Made by a program: the position numbers and the translations under genes
In this document: positions 1 through 9,895 of the stretch, one piece after another
Layout of the letters: the number at the start of each line of letters is the position of its first letter
Position numbering within the stretch: position 1 is the first letter of the stretch
Source: Candidatus Amesbacteria bacterium GW2011_GWC2_45_19
GTDB lineage: Bacteria > Patescibacteriota > Microgenomatia > CAZETR01 > Amesbacteraceae
Direction of reading: 5' to 3'
Assembly: GCA_001001555.1 (NCBI GenBank)
Contig: LCKS01000004.1
Location: forward strand, 36,130 to 100,129
Length of the DNA stretch: 64,000 bases
The notes under the pieces: model-generated
The model's input: only the letters and a program-made list of their open reading frames with translations
What the model was told of the DNA's origin: nothing
The model's database searches: none

Positions 1-3000
1 GCCTTGGGGAATAACTTGCAGACCCAAGCTTTGCAGTTCCTTGACCAAAACGTTAAAGGACTCGGGAACGGAGGCGCTGGGAATTTCCGTGCCCTTGACG
101 ATGGCTTCAAAAGCTTTGGCCCGGCCGACGACGTCATCGGACTTGATAGTCAGCATTTCCTGCAAAGTGGCGGCGGCTTTGTGAGCTTCCAGACCCCAAA
201 CTTCCATTTCTCCCAGGCGCTGGCCGCCCATCTGGGCTTTGCCTCCCAGGGGCTGCTGGGTAATCAGGGAGTAGGGACCAGTAGAACGGGCGTGGGTTTT
301 GTCCTCCACCATATGATGGAGCTTGAGGATATAGCCGATACCCACCACCGAGGTTTGTTCGTAAGCCAAGCCGGTCCGGCCGTCAATAAGAGGGGCCTTT
401 CCGGAAACAGGCAGGCCGGCTTTGATAAGGCTGTGGGCAATTTGATCCTCCGATACCCTCTCAAAAACCGGAACAGCCACGGTTTGACCCAGTTTTCTCA
501 TGGCCCAGCCCAAACGGGCTTCCAGAAGCTGTCCCAGATTCATCCGGGCCAGAACCGAAAGAGGAGAAATCATAATATCCACCGGGGTGCCGTCAGCCAG
601 ATGGGGCATGTCTGCTACCGGAACAATTTTACTGATGACGCCTTTATTGCCGTGCCGGCCGGCCAGTTTATCCCCGACAGTAATTTTTCGCAGTTGCGCT
701 ACTTTGACGACCACCCGTTTACTGGTACCGGGGGGCAGTTCGTCTCCGGCTTCACGGTCCAAAATGTGCACGTCAACCACTATCCCCCGTTCGCCGTGGG
801 GCATGCGCAAGGAAGTGTCGCGGACGTCGCGGGCTTTTTCACCAAAGATAGCCCGCAGCAGCCGCTCTTCGGCCGAAAGCTCGGTCTCTCCTTTGGGGGC
901 GATTTTACCGACCAAAATATCGTTGGGGCGGACTTCACTCCCGACCGTGACAAAGCCGCCTTCGTCGAGGTTGGCCAGATAGCTTTCGCCGACGTTGGGA
1001 ATGTCCCGGGTTGGTTCCTCTGGTCCAAGCTTAGTGTCTACTACGTCGGCTTCGTACTTTTCAATATGAATAGACGTGAGCAGATCTTGAGTGACTAACC
1101 TATCCGAAATAACTATAGCGTCTTCGTAACCCAGACCGTCATATGAAGCGTAAGCGATGAGCAGATTTTGGCCGAGGGCGATTTCTCCGTTCTCGGTAGC
1201 CGGACCATCGGCTAAAAGAGTACCGGGGGTAACTTTTTGGCCCGGAGAGACAACCGGGGTTTGAGAAAAGTTGGTGCTGTGGGAAGTCCGCTTGAACTTG
1301 GTGAGATAGAAAGTCTGCAAATTTTCCTGGAAGACAACTTCTTCACAGCCAGCGGGGTTTTGGGGTTTTTTATCCAATTTAATTATGATTTTATTGGCGT
1401 CCACGTAGGCGACTGTCCCAGAATAGGTGGCATAAATTGCCCAGCCCATGGCAGCGGCGACCTCTTTTTCCATGCCGGTGCCCACTATAGGAGCGGAGGG
1501 GGAAAGCAGGGGCACAGCTTGAGATTGCATGTTAGTGCCCATCAGGGCCCGGTTAGCCGCGTCGTTGGCCAGGAAGGGAATAAGGGAGGCGGAGGTACCC
1601 ACCACCTGCCGGGCGACCACATCTACGAAATCAACTTGGGAGGCCGGGCCTTCGGTGAAGATATTGGCGTGGCGGATAGGCAACCACTTATCCAAAATAT
1701 AGCCCTTACTGTCTACCCGCATGTCACTGGAAGAGATCCGATACTGTTCTTCGTCGTCTGCAGTTAAATACACGATTTCGTCTGTCACCCGGCGCTTTAT
1801 AACCCGGCGGTATGGAGCTTCTAAAAATCCATATTCATTAATTCGGGCATACAGAGACAAATAAGTAATCAGGCCGATATTCGGACCTTCCGGAGAGCGG
1901 ACCGGGTCAATGCGGCTATATTGGGAGGCGTTGATATCGCGGATGCTGAAAGAGGCCCGTTCCCGGGTCAGGCCGCCGGGGCCAAAAACGGACAAGCGGC
2001 GGAGATGGTCTATCTCGGATAAGGGATTTGTCTGATCCAAAATTTGGGATAGTTGGGAGCTCCGGAAAAATTGGTTGATGGCGGAAATGACCGGGCGGGC
2101 GTTGACCAGCTGGGTAGGGGTAATCAACTCCTCGGTATAAACCAAGCTCATTTTTTCGCGGATAGCCCGTTCCAGGCGCAGCAGGCCTTCGCGAAAAGCG
2201 GTTTGAACGACAATTTCTCCCACCCGGCGGACACGGCGGTTGGCCAGATTATCGATATCGTCGGTGTAACCCTGGCCTTGAGACAGACTGATAAGATATT
2301 TAATGGCGGCTACTAAATCGTCGCGGGTAAGAATTCTGGAGTCGGAAATTCCGCCCAGACGGCGGTTTATTTTGTAACGGCCAACTGCGCCCAGGTCGTA
2401 ACGGCGGGGATTAAAAAACAGGTCGTACAAAAGTTTTTGGGCGTTTTCCAGAACAATGGGTTCTCCGGGGCGCATCTTTTTATAAACTTCGATGAGGGCG
2501 TCTTCGGTAGTTTTGGTAGTGTCTTTGGCCGCTGCAGCTTCCAGGCCTTCAGGAAATTCCGACAGACCCATAGCCCGGAGAATGGTGGTGGCTAAGAATT
2601 TGCGCCGGCGGTCAATCCTGATGTAAATAACGTCGGAACGGGCAGTTTCAAATTCCAGCCAAGTGCCGCGGATGGGCCGCAACTCGGCGGTATGCAAAAG
2701 TTTGCCGGAGGCCGCGTCCAGTTCGGCTCCAAAGTAGACTCCGGGAGAACGCACGATTTGGTTGACGACTACCCGCTCTACGCCATTGACGATGAAAGTT
2801 CCGCGGCTGGTCATTTGCGGAATATCACCCAGAAAGACTTCGCTGGCAGTGGTTTTGCGGGTTTGCTTGTTGGTCAGCTTGGCCGCAACGCGCAGGGCAG
2901 AAGAATGAGTCAGGCCTTTACGAATAGCGTGTTGGGGAGTAATTTTAGGCTTTTCCACGGAGTAAGCCCCAAATTCCAGAAGCCAGTTCTTGCCGGTAAA

Positions 3001-3147
3001 ATCCTCGACAGGGGAAATTTCAGCAACAGCTTCTTTAATTCCATCGCTAATAAACCACTGCCACGAGTCCAATTGAATCTGAGTCAGATTGAGGGGAGGA
3101 AGGTGGGCGGGTTCCTGTCCCCAAATGTAACGGCGAGATACTGGCAT
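1..3147 (-). CDS. rpoB: DNA-directed RNA polymerase subunit beta (partial; C-terminus lies beyond window start)
   Basis: Own reverse-strand translation from ATG at ~3147: MPVSRRYIWGQEPAHLPPLNLTQIQLDSWQWFISDGIKEAVAEISPVEDFTGKNWLLEFGAYSVEKPKI... It stays open to position 1 and shows RpoB N-terminal conserved blocks (LDSF-like and GTFIVNGVERVVV-like). It is absent from the ORF track because no stop falls in the window. The plus-strand ORFs listed here are antisense artefacts. Confidence 0.8.
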   Translation of the reverse strand, partial: MPVSRRYIWGQEPAHLPPLNLTQIQLDSWQWFISDGIKEAVAEISPVEDFTGKNWLLEFGAYSVEKPKITPQHAIRKGLTHSSALRVAAKLTNKQTRKTTASEVFLGDIPQMTSRGTFIVNGVERVVVNQIVRSPGVYFGAELDAASGKLLHTAELRPIRGTWLEFETARSDVIYIRIDRRRKFLATTILRAMGLSEFPEGLEAAAAKDTTKTTEDALIEVYKKMRPGEPIVLENAQKLLYDLFFNPRRYDLGAVGRYKINRRLGGISDSRILTRDDLVAAIKYLISLSQGQGYTDDIDNLANRRVRRVGEIVVQTAFREGLLRLERAIREKMSLVYTEELITPTQLVNARPVISAINQFFRSSQLSQILDQTNPLSEIDHLRRLSVFGPGGLTRERASFSIRDINASQYSRIDPVRSPEGPNIGLITYLSLYARINEYGFLEAPYRRVIKRRVTDEIVYLTADDEEQYRISSSDMRVDSKGYILDKWLPIRHANIFTEGPASQVDFVDVVARQVVGTSASLIPFLANDAANRALMGTNMQSQAVPLLSPSAPIVGTGMEKEVAAAMGWAIYATYSGTVAYVDANKIIIKLDKKPQNPAGCEEVVFQENLQTFYLTKFKRTSHSTNFSQTPVVSPGQKVTPGTLLADGPATENGEIALGQNLLIAYASYDGLGYEDAIVISDRLVTQDLLTSIHIEKYEADVVDTKLGPEEPTRDIPNVGESYLANLDEGGFVTVGSEVRPNDILVGKIAPKGETELSAEERLLRAIFGEKARDVRDTSLRMPHGERGIVVDVHILDREAGDELPPGTSKRVVVKVAQLRKITVGDKLAGRHGNKGVISKIVPVADMPHLADGTPVDIMISPLSVLARMNLGQLLEARLGWAMRKLGQTVAVPVFERVSEDQIAHSLIKAGLPVSGKAPLIDGRTGLAYEQTSVVGIGYILKLHHMVEDKTHARSTGPYSLITQQPLGGKAQMGGQRLGEMEVWGLEAHKAAATLQEMLTIKSDDVVGRAKAFEAIVKGTEIPSASVPESFNVLVKELQSLGLQVIPQG

Positions 3148-3219
3148 TTGCTTCTCTATAGCGCAAAAGACCCCTCCGGTATCTCTACCGTTCGGGGTTT
3201 CTAAGCTAGCCTGACTTTA

Positions 3220-4146
3220 TCAGCGGGTAAGATATTTGTCAATGTTCAAATTGTGTTCTTCGATAGTGACGGCATAATGAGTGGTCCCGTCGGGGGCGTG
3301 CAGATAAAACCAGTAAGGCGAAATTCGGGGAGAGCGGGCGGCTTCAATGGAGGCTAAGCCAGGATTGGCAATGGGAGTGGGGGGAAAGCCAGGATAGATG
3401 TAAGTGTTGTAGATGGAAGGATAACGCGTATCTGTAACAGGAGACCAATCGCCGCGGGCATACTGGACAGTGGCGTCTACCTGAAGGGGCCAGCCGGCCC
3501 TAAGACGTTTGAGAAGAATCCCGGCTACGATGGGACGATCGGCTACAGTTCTGGTTTCCCGCTCAACCAGTGAAGCCAAAATCAGAATATCCGGGTCGAT
3601 GGGGCCTACTTTACGGTCAAAAGTAGAAACCATAGTGTCCACAATATCTGCCGGCGTGGCGTAGGTGGGAATGAGGTAGGTATCGGGAAAGAGACGGCCT
3701 TCAAGAGTGGCGGTTAGAGACAAAAAAGTAGTAGTATCAAAATTCTCCAGATTGGAAGCTAGGCGGGCGGCAATTTGCTCCCGGCGCCAACCCTCCGGAA
3801 TGGTGACCCAAATGTCCCTAGGACCGGCGGTCAGTGAAGTGAGGAGGTTTTTGAGACCGGTACCAGAAGAAATAAGATAAGTCCCCGCTTTAATTTTTTT
3901 GTCCAGGCCGGAAAATATAAAGTATATCTTGGCCACTTGAGCCGAGCGGATAAATTTTTGGGCAAAAAGAGCCTGGGAGACGGCAGAGGCCGACTGGGCG
4001 GGAGTAATGATGAAAGAGCGATGAAGATCTGAAGCAGGATCTAGAGGAGAAAGCTGGCGGGTCCACCAGGTAAAGCCCAATAAAGCGGTTAAAGTGAGAA
4101 GAACAAACGAACCGGCCAGGAGCTTCACGATTTTAGACCTCCTCAA
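3220..4146 (-). CDS. mltG: endolytic murein transglycosylase MltG/YceG family
   Basis: N-terminal TM; motifs DTYLIP, LASLVERE, LQVDATVQYA, SIYNTYIYPGFPPTPIANPG typical of YceG/MltG. Confidence 0.8.
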   Translation of the reverse strand: MRRSKIVKLLAGSFVLLTLTALLGFTWWTRQLSPLDPASDLHRSFIITPAQSASAVSQALFAQKFIRSAQVAKIYFIFSGLDKKIKAGTYLISSGTGLKNLLTSLTAGPRDIWVTIPEGWRREQIAARLASNLENFDTTTFLSLTATLEGRLFPDTYLIPTYATPADIVDTMVSTFDRKVGPIDPDILILASLVERETRTVADRPIVAGILLKRLRAGWPLQVDATVQYARGDWSPVTDTRYPSIYNTYIYPGFPPTPIANPGLASIEAARSPRISPYWFYLHAPDGTTHYAVTIEEHNLNIDKYLTR

Positions 4147-4336
4147 ACAAGGCCCGACGATATTTGTCAGTTTCGGATTCTTTGATAAAAATGCGGCTAC
4201 ACTTTTTACAGATTATTTTAGTGCCTTTAGAGTGTTTTATAGATTTGCCCAAGGAGAGATCGGTACCACAGCCCACACAACGGCCTTGAGAGAGAAGCCA
4301 GGCCTGGACAGGGGCGATGACGTTTTTGAACATCAC
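4133..4336 (-). CDS. small zinc-ribbon protein (CxxC...CxxC), function unknown
   Basis: 67 aa with CVGCG...CKKC; same strand as neighbours; the overlapping plus ORF 4094..4342 judged less likely. Confidence 0.35.
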   Translation of the reverse strand: MMFKNVIAPVQAWLLSQGRCVGCGTDLSLGKSIKHSKGTKIICKKCSRIFIKESETDKYRRALFEEV

Positions 4337-4344
4337 TGGTGACT

Positions 4345-4833
4345 TTAACGGGTTTTAGATTTCCAGTCAAGGCGCTTGCGAAAAATTCCCTCTGTATAGC
4401 CTCCTTCTTTGATAAATTTCTCTTCCAGAGACCTTATCTGTCTATCTAAAAGATAGTTGGTTCTTCTAATAAGGTTGGCCGAATAATTAAGAGGGATAAA
4501 TGGGTTAAGATTGTCCCGTTTACCCCCCTTATCCCACTTGGGTAAAATTGTCAGTTCTCGGGTTCGGGCAAAGTCTTCATAATCTTTAAGCAGTTCTTCG
4601 TTAGACCCCCTGGTTACTCCTAAAAGTTTAATATAACCCTTGAGGCTTTTTTGGAGGTAGCCCTCAACAATACACTGCTTGCTAGATCTGGCGGCTTGAA
4701 CCATCTGTTCTCTGGTTCGTAGATATTCCCTTCCGGAAAGAAACCTGTCGCAAAATTGAATAGTCAGATCGTAGACTTCTATCGAGTTTTGGTAAGTGAT
4801 TAGATACTCGTATCCAGGTTTTGATCCAGCCAT
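4345..4833 (-). CDS. four-helix-bundle protein (Avd / 23S rRNA IVS-like family) with C-terminal extension
   Basis: YQNSIEVYDLTIQF...QMVQAARSSKQCIVEGY...LLGVTRGSNEELLKDY resembles the TIGR02436 pattern (RAA.S...NIAEG ... ArGS..EL). Confidence 0.5.
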   Translation of the reverse strand: MAGSKPGYEYLITYQNSIEVYDLTIQFCDRFLSGREYLRTREQMVQAARSSKQCIVEGYLQKSLKGYIKLLGVTRGSNEELLKDYEDFARTRELTILPKWDKGGKRDNLNPFIPLNYSANLIRRTNYLLDRQIRSLEEKFIKEGGYTEGIFRKRLDWKSKTR

Positions 4834-5156
4834 CCTTGTAATATTATAGTTGCAGACGCCGCGTGTTCCAAATTGCGTCGTTTGGACTTAGTAGTATGCA
4901 ATAGGAATCGACGGGCGTCGTGAGAAGAAAGAGTCTCGTCAACTTTATGCACAATTGCTAACTCCGACAATTTGTCTAAAAAACTTTCCGGACAATCCCC
5001 CACTACAATACCATCTATATTATGTTTACTAATCAGCAATTTAATTGACTGAAGTGCTTTGATGGTCTTAACTGTGGCCAGCGGTTCAGTCAACGGCCCA
5101 ATAGCCAACGCCACTCCCACTCTCGCCGCTCCATAATCAATTCCCAAATAGTTCAT
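4800..5156 (-). CDS. ruvX: Holliday junction resolvase-like YqgF/RuvX
   Basis: MNYLGIDYGAARVGVALA N-terminus, about 118 aa. Confidence 0.75.
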   Translation of the reverse strand: MNYLGIDYGAARVGVALAIGPLTEPLATVKTIKALQSIKLLISKHNIDGIVVGDCPESFLDKLSELAIVHKVDETLSSHDARRFLLHTTKSKRRNLEHAASATIILQGWLDQNLDTSI

Positions 5157-5221
5157 TGAAACAATGATAACAAATAACTCCCTATATTAACAATTTTAAT
5201 GCGGTCGCATTTTAATTGTTA

Positions 5222-5252
5222 AATAAAAAATCCCACTTTTCAGGCGGGATTG
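5222..5252 (-). terminator. rho-independent terminator downstream of sortase gene (hairpin AATCCCGCC..GGGATT followed by TTTTTATTT on minus strand)
   Basis: Plus-strand sequence aaaaaatcccacttttcaggcgggatt. On the minus strand this is a stem-loop followed by a T-run. The adjacent 37-bp palindrome ttaacaattttaatgcg-gtc-cgcattttaattgttaa (5196..5232) may be an operator. Confidence 0.5.
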
Positions 5253-5307
5253 GAGTAGACACGCTCCTCTATATCAAATCGTATCAAAAAGGCGTGGCCT
5301 TTCAAGG

Positions 5308-5958
5308 CTAGTTTACCAGTTCGGCGCGGGCGACGAAGCGGCGCAGATAAGTGCCTAGGGGAACACAAGTTATTAGAGTCAGCTCGTTTTTATCATAGCG
5401 CTGGGCTAAAACTTCAATTTGGGAGGGGTCAACTTCGGTAATGTTGCGCACTATGTATTTATAGGTCACGCCGTCGTACTGGATAGTGACGGCGTCGCCG
5501 ACTTTGATTTTGGGCAGAGGATTAAAAAGGGAAATGGGATCATTGGGTTTGTAGAGAGCGGGTAACGTAGAATGGCCAAAGATAACGGTGTTGCCGTAAT
5601 CACCCGGCAGCGCAGTGCCGGGAAATTGAATGGCGTTTTTTTTCAGATCAGTACCATTAATCTCTACAGGGATATCTTGAAGATTAAGCTGGGGGATAGA
5701 CAGAGTATAGTAGCGAACCCGACTAACGGTGGGGGTGGCGCTGGCTGTAGGAAACCAAGTGGTGGGTTGGGTGTAATCAGGAGTAGTTACGCCTAGGATA
5801 TTAGCAACAAAAGGCACAGGAACTAAGGCCACGGCGGTGGGGTCCAGAAGTTTCGGCTGGAGACTAAAACTTAATTGGGATAAGCCAATAGGCAACAGGA
5901 CACTTAAAAGAAGTATTAGGCCCACTATGATTAGGGACAGGGAGAGAAAACGGCGCAT
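5308..5958 (-). CDS. sortase family transpeptidase
   Basis: N-terminal TM, catalytic His (GNTVIFGHS) and TLITC Cys motif, conserved Arg downstream. Confidence 0.75.
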   Translation of the reverse strand: MRRFLSLSLIIVGLILLLSVLLPIGLSQLSFSLQPKLLDPTAVALVPVPFVANILGVTTPDYTQPTTWFPTASATPTVSRVRYYTLSIPQLNLQDIPVEINGTDLKKNAIQFPGTALPGDYGNTVIFGHSTLPALYKPNDPISLFNPLPKIKVGDAVTIQYDGVTYKYIVRNITEVDPSQIEVLAQRYDKNELTLITCVPLGTYLRRFVARAELVN

Positions 5959-8021
5959 TATTTTAGAGAACGGACGGAGACGGTAATGTGCTTAGAAACG
6001 CGAGGTAGGGTGGCCAGAAAAGCGGGCAGCCGGGGAGAAATTAGAATGTTTATTTGGCCAATGGCGGGTAAGGATTGGAGATATTCTTTAGCCCAGCCCG
6101 GATATTTGCCAGCTATGTCTTTGGCAATTTTTGCAGTATCCATTTGCGGCAGAAGCAAAGCGGCTACCCGGACTTGAAAAGTGGCGGTGTTTTTGTCGGC
6201 TTTTTTGACAGTCATGCTCTGGGTGACGTCGGTATCAAAAACGTAGCCGGCGGGTATTTGGGGATTGACCTGGGCGTCAATGATGGACTGCAGGTCAGAC
6301 TTAGAAACTACCAAGCCGCGGGCGGTGGCCGAAAGTTTAAGAGAAACGTTGTCTGCCTCTTCGTCGATCTTGTAATTAAAGTTTTCGGAGACCGACTGGA
6401 GACTGATAGATTCGGCAATAAGCTGCATGTCTGAACTGACTTTTTGAGACAGCTCGTCCTTGGCCTTATTTTTCAGAGTTTCAGTCAAGTCGGCCCGGAG
6501 TTTGGCGGCATCATCTTTGGAGACCACTTTGGCCTGCCGGCTGGTACCTCCCGAAAGGGCCGCATCGTTTTTTGCGGAGGTTTCTACAGAGGAGTAACTT
6601 CCTATACGAAAGTCTGTTCCAGCAGAAAGATTATAGTCTCCGCCAATTTGTCCGGCGGTAACTTTGGCAGTCACTTTTCCTGATTGAACGTTCGGGGCAT
6701 ATCCGCTAGCAGAGGCAACGGTGGCAATTTCATCTAAAACGAATTTCAGTCCGGATGGAGAAATTAAAATTGTCCCTGCAGTAAAAGTGCGACTGGCGGC
6801 AGCATTGTTGGTGATAACTACCGAACCCGTGGCTTTGTCGCCGACAATTTTGGAGCCAGTGGCGGGAATGGATTTGTCTGCAGAAACCGCTTCCTCCAAG
6901 CTTTCTGCCGGCAGGTCTTTGCCGCCGGCCACAAGTTCAAATTGATGCTCCAGATTCTTGGGGGTGACAAACAAAACAACTTCGGCTTTGGGTAAGTACC
7001 AGTAAGCTGCTCCTAATCCGCCGACGACAGCAAGAAATATTAACACGGAAATGATAGCTACTGCAGAAAAATTGAGGTGAATTTTTGGCAAGTGAATCGT
7101 GGGGAGTTTAAATTTGGGTTTGGGTGGCACAACCACCGGAACAGGTTCCGGTTCCGGAGGCGGCGGAAGCGGAGATTGAGCGGCCACATCTATATCTTGG
7201 ACAAACCCCAGGTCAGAGGCAGAGTGAGCCGGTTGGGATTCAGTGGTAGGTTCTTCTTCAGCCCGAGCGACTTCTGATCCTCCAGAGAGGGCAATGGCCC
7301 GGATGGTGAAATCGGCCGGCAAAATTTCTACCTTGGGAAAGTGCAGAAAAGGCAGGTGTTTTTGCGGGGCTTGCCAGGGGTGGGCCAAAAGCAATTGTTT
7401 GACTTCCTCCAAGTCTATGCCGGAATCATACAGAAGCATCCGGGAAGGCAGCATGTCAATATCGGAAAAGCGGGACAGACCTTCGACCACATCGTCGGCC
7501 AGGTGGGAACTTTTTTGCACCAGATAGGTACCGTTAATCTTACCTAATCTAACCAAGGTGATTTCCAGACAGTGCGGCCAAAAACCAATGAGAATGGCGG
7601 TGGGGGGGACACCTTCAGTGGACTGGAGATATTTGGCGGCGGCTTCGGGAGTAACTACAAATCCCACCGGCACCAGGTCCAGTTTTTCTGATAAAGCTTT
7701 AAGAAGACGAAGTTGGGAGGGGAAAATTTTGTCTGCCCCTACCCAATCGGCGGGCAGGCCAAAGATAACCTTGTGGACGTCTACTTTGCCGGTGGGGTCC
7801 AGGTGGGAAGTGGCGTCGGAAAGAGTGGCGTCCGCAATTGTGATAAGTGAGTCTTCGGCTTTGTCATCCCACGATTGGCTACTACTGACGGCTAAAACTT
7901 GGGGCTTGTCATTGATAACTGACCAAACAGCGCTTTTGATTAAACCGTGGTCGATCTCCAAAGCGAAAAAATATTCCCGGGCAGGGGTTTTTTCGGGTTT
8001 TTTAAGAAACGGCAGTTGCAT
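5958..8021 (-). CDS. membrane protein with N-terminal cytoplasmic actin-like (FtsA/PilM-like) domain, Pro-rich linker, TM, large extracytoplasmic C-terminal domain (possible PilM-PilN-like fusion)
   Basis: FALEIDHGLIKSAVWSV and ILIGFWPHCLEITLV resemble PilM/FtsA phosphate motifs; PPPPEPEPVPVVVPPKPK linker; TM AVAIISVLIFLAVVGGLGAAYWYL preceded by an IHLP/IHLNF stretch (PilN-like INLLP?). Confidence 0.4.
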   Translation of the reverse strand: MQLPFLKKPEKTPAREYFFALEIDHGLIKSAVWSVINDKPQVLAVSSSQSWDDKAEDSLITIADATLSDATSHLDPTGKVDVHKVIFGLPADWVGADKIFPSQLRLLKALSEKLDLVPVGFVVTPEAAAKYLQSTEGVPPTAILIGFWPHCLEITLVRLGKINGTYLVQKSSHLADDVVEGLSRFSDIDMLPSRMLLYDSGIDLEEVKQLLLAHPWQAPQKHLPFLHFPKVEILPADFTIRAIALSGGSEVARAEEEPTTESQPAHSASDLGFVQDIDVAAQSPLPPPPEPEPVPVVVPPKPKFKLPTIHLPKIHLNFSAVAIISVLIFLAVVGGLGAAYWYLPKAEVVLFVTPKNLEHQFELVAGGKDLPAESLEEAVSADKSIPATGSKIVGDKATGSVVITNNAAASRTFTAGTILISPSGLKFVLDEIATVASASGYAPNVQSGKVTAKVTAGQIGGDYNLSAGTDFRIGSYSSVETSAKNDAALSGGTSRQAKVVSKDDAAKLRADLTETLKNKAKDELSQKVSSDMQLIAESISLQSVSENFNYKIDEEADNVSLKLSATARGLVVSKSDLQSIIDAQVNPQIPAGYVFDTDVTQSMTVKKADKNTATFQVRVAALLLPQMDTAKIAKDIAGKYPGWAKEYLQSLPAIGQINILISPRLPAFLATLPRVSKHITVSVRSLK

Positions 8022-9792
8022 AGATGCGGCGGACGCCGGCGGATACCGCCTCCTGGCGGGTTATCTTTATCCTACCAATTTCCCCAGTGGATTGCACATG
8101 GGGACCGCCGCACAGCTCTTGGGAAAAATCCCCTATTGAATAAACCGAGGTCACCTCGGGATATTTTTCCGGGAAAAAAGCCAGGGCGCCTTCGGCCAGA
8201 GCTTGGGCTTTGGGCATTTCCACTCGCTCAATTTTAATGTCCTCTCCGATCTTTTTATTAACAATTTCCTCGACCTGTTTTATTTTGTCATCGGTAAGTT
8301 TTTCCGGATGGGAAAAATCAAAGCGTAGGCGTTCGACGGTAATATTGCTGCCTTTTTGAGACACGTGAATCCCCAGTACTCTCCTCAGGGCCGCGTGTAA
8401 AAGATGTGTGGCGGTGTGATACTTAGTAACAATTTCTGATTGGTCTTGCAGTCCTCCTTTGAACATGCTTGCGGAGGCAGTGCGAGATAACTTTTTATGT
8501 CTTTCGTTTATATGATCGAATTCATTTTTATCAAGGTCTTTCCCTTTTTGTTTAAATAATTCTTCTGTGACTTCGTAAGGGAATCCATATGTCTGATATA
8601 GATTAAAGGCGTTAAGCGCGTTCAGTTGGTTGTCTTGATATTTATTAAACTCTCGCAATCCTCTGTCTAAAGTGTCGCTGAATTTACTCATTTCTTCCTC
8701 TATTATTGACCGTACAGTTTCTCTGTCTTTAGATTCTTCGAAATACACGGCGTCTCTGTATGTTTCTAATACTGAATGACAGATAGCTTGAAAGCCAGGA
8801 ATTGGAGTTAGCCCGCCCTTGAGTTGATGCATCTTTACCGCAGCACGTCGAAGTAATCGACGAAGAAAATATCCTTGAGTCTTATTTGAGGGGGTTACTC
8901 CGTCTACCATCAAAAATGTGGCCGCCTTGAGATGGTCGGTTATTGTTCTCATTGCAGGCTTGTTTTGGTCGTCGGAATACTTTTTATCTGTATAGTCTTC
9001 GACCGTTTTAAGTATTATGGAAAATAGATCTGTTTTAAAAATGTCCGGGTCGTGGTTAACTGCGGCAGTGATTCTTTCCAATCCCCCGCCAAAATCTATG
9101 TTTTTTTTGGCTAGCGGTTCAAATCCATCTTTGGTTTTTTGATAGGTCATGAAGACGTTGTTGCCGATTTCCAAAAATCTGCCGCAGTCACAGTTGGGAT
9201 GGCAGGAGTCGCCGAATTTCGGATCGTGGGGGGTACCAAAATCATAAAAAACTTCAGAGTCTGGGCCGCCGGGTTCGCCAATTGGCATGCTGGCATAACT
9301 GCTTCTGGCCCACCAATTTTTTTCCACACCATAATAAAAAATGTGTTCTGACGAAACTCCCAACTTTTTCCAATTATCCGCGGCTTCCTCATCACGGGGA
9401 ACTTGATTATTCCCTTCAAATACGGAAACGTATAACCTTTTGGGGTCTAAGCCTAATTCTTTGGTAAAAAATTCCCAAATCCAGGCTTGTTGTTCGGCCT
9501 TGAAATAATCTCCCAGAGACCAGTTGCCCAGCATTTCAAAAAAAGTGGTGTGACAGTTGTCCCCAACTTCTTCAATATCCTGGGATCGGAAACATTTTTG
9601 GGAATCAACTAAACGGGTGCCTAAAGGGTGGGGTTGGCCCAGTAAGTATGGCAACATGGGTTGCATACCGAATCCGGTAAAGAGGGTAGTGGGATCGTTT
9701 TCGGGAACGAGAGGCGCCGAGGGAATTTCTATGTGTCCCCGGTCTTTAAAAAACTTCAGATATTTAGCTCTGACATCATTGGCCGAAACCAT
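8002..9792 (-). CDS. alaS: alanine--tRNA ligase (short form lacking C-Ala domain)
   Basis: KYLKFFKDRGHIEIPSAPLVPENDPTTLFTGFGMQP class II AlaRS N-terminus; editing domain HTATHLLHAAL and CGGPHV; 596 aa. Confidence 0.85.
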   Translation of the reverse strand: MVSANDVRAKYLKFFKDRGHIEIPSAPLVPENDPTTLFTGFGMQPMLPYLLGQPHPLGTRLVDSQKCFRSQDIEEVGDNCHTTFFEMLGNWSLGDYFKAEQQAWIWEFFTKELGLDPKRLYVSVFEGNNQVPRDEEAADNWKKLGVSSEHIFYYGVEKNWWARSSYASMPIGEPGGPDSEVFYDFGTPHDPKFGDSCHPNCDCGRFLEIGNNVFMTYQKTKDGFEPLAKKNIDFGGGLERITAAVNHDPDIFKTDLFSIILKTVEDYTDKKYSDDQNKPAMRTITDHLKAATFLMVDGVTPSNKTQGYFLRRLLRRAAVKMHQLKGGLTPIPGFQAICHSVLETYRDAVYFEESKDRETVRSIIEEEMSKFSDTLDRGLREFNKYQDNQLNALNAFNLYQTYGFPYEVTEELFKQKGKDLDKNEFDHINERHKKLSRTASASMFKGGLQDQSEIVTKYHTATHLLHAALRRVLGIHVSQKGSNITVERLRFDFSHPEKLTDDKIKQVEEIVNKKIGEDIKIERVEMPKAQALAEGALAFFPEKYPEVTSVYSIGDFSQELCGGPHVQSTGEIGRIKITRQEAVSAGVRRIYATAVS

Positions 9793-9860
9793 ATGGTAAT
9801 TTTAGCATTCATAGTGCTACTATTATGTACAGGTCTGATTTGAAGACCTACTTTGTGGTC

Positions 9861-9889
9861 TTGACAGGCAACCTAATTCCGGTTAGAAT
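9861..9889 (+). promoter_or_regulatory. sigma70-like promoter TTGACA-N17-TAGAAT driving phd/relE, near-leaderless (ATG about 7 nt after -10)
   Basis: ttgacaggcaacctaattccggttagaat directly upstream of ATG at 9896; preceded by hairpin aagacc-tactttgt-ggtctt. Confidence 0.45.
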
Positions 9890-9895
9890 TTCTAA

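Noticed and set aside
4-3204. Plus-strand ORFs 4..1098, 500..982, 1237..1767, 2053..2316, 2692..3204
   Set aside because: Antisense to an uninterrupted rpoB reading frame that I translated myself; low-complexity G/A/V-rich products typical of antisense frames in a GC-moderate gene.
4094-4342. Plus ORF overlapping the minus-strand zinc-ribbon ORF
   Set aside because: No motif; the minus-strand partner has CxxC pairs and matches the orientation of the flanking operon.
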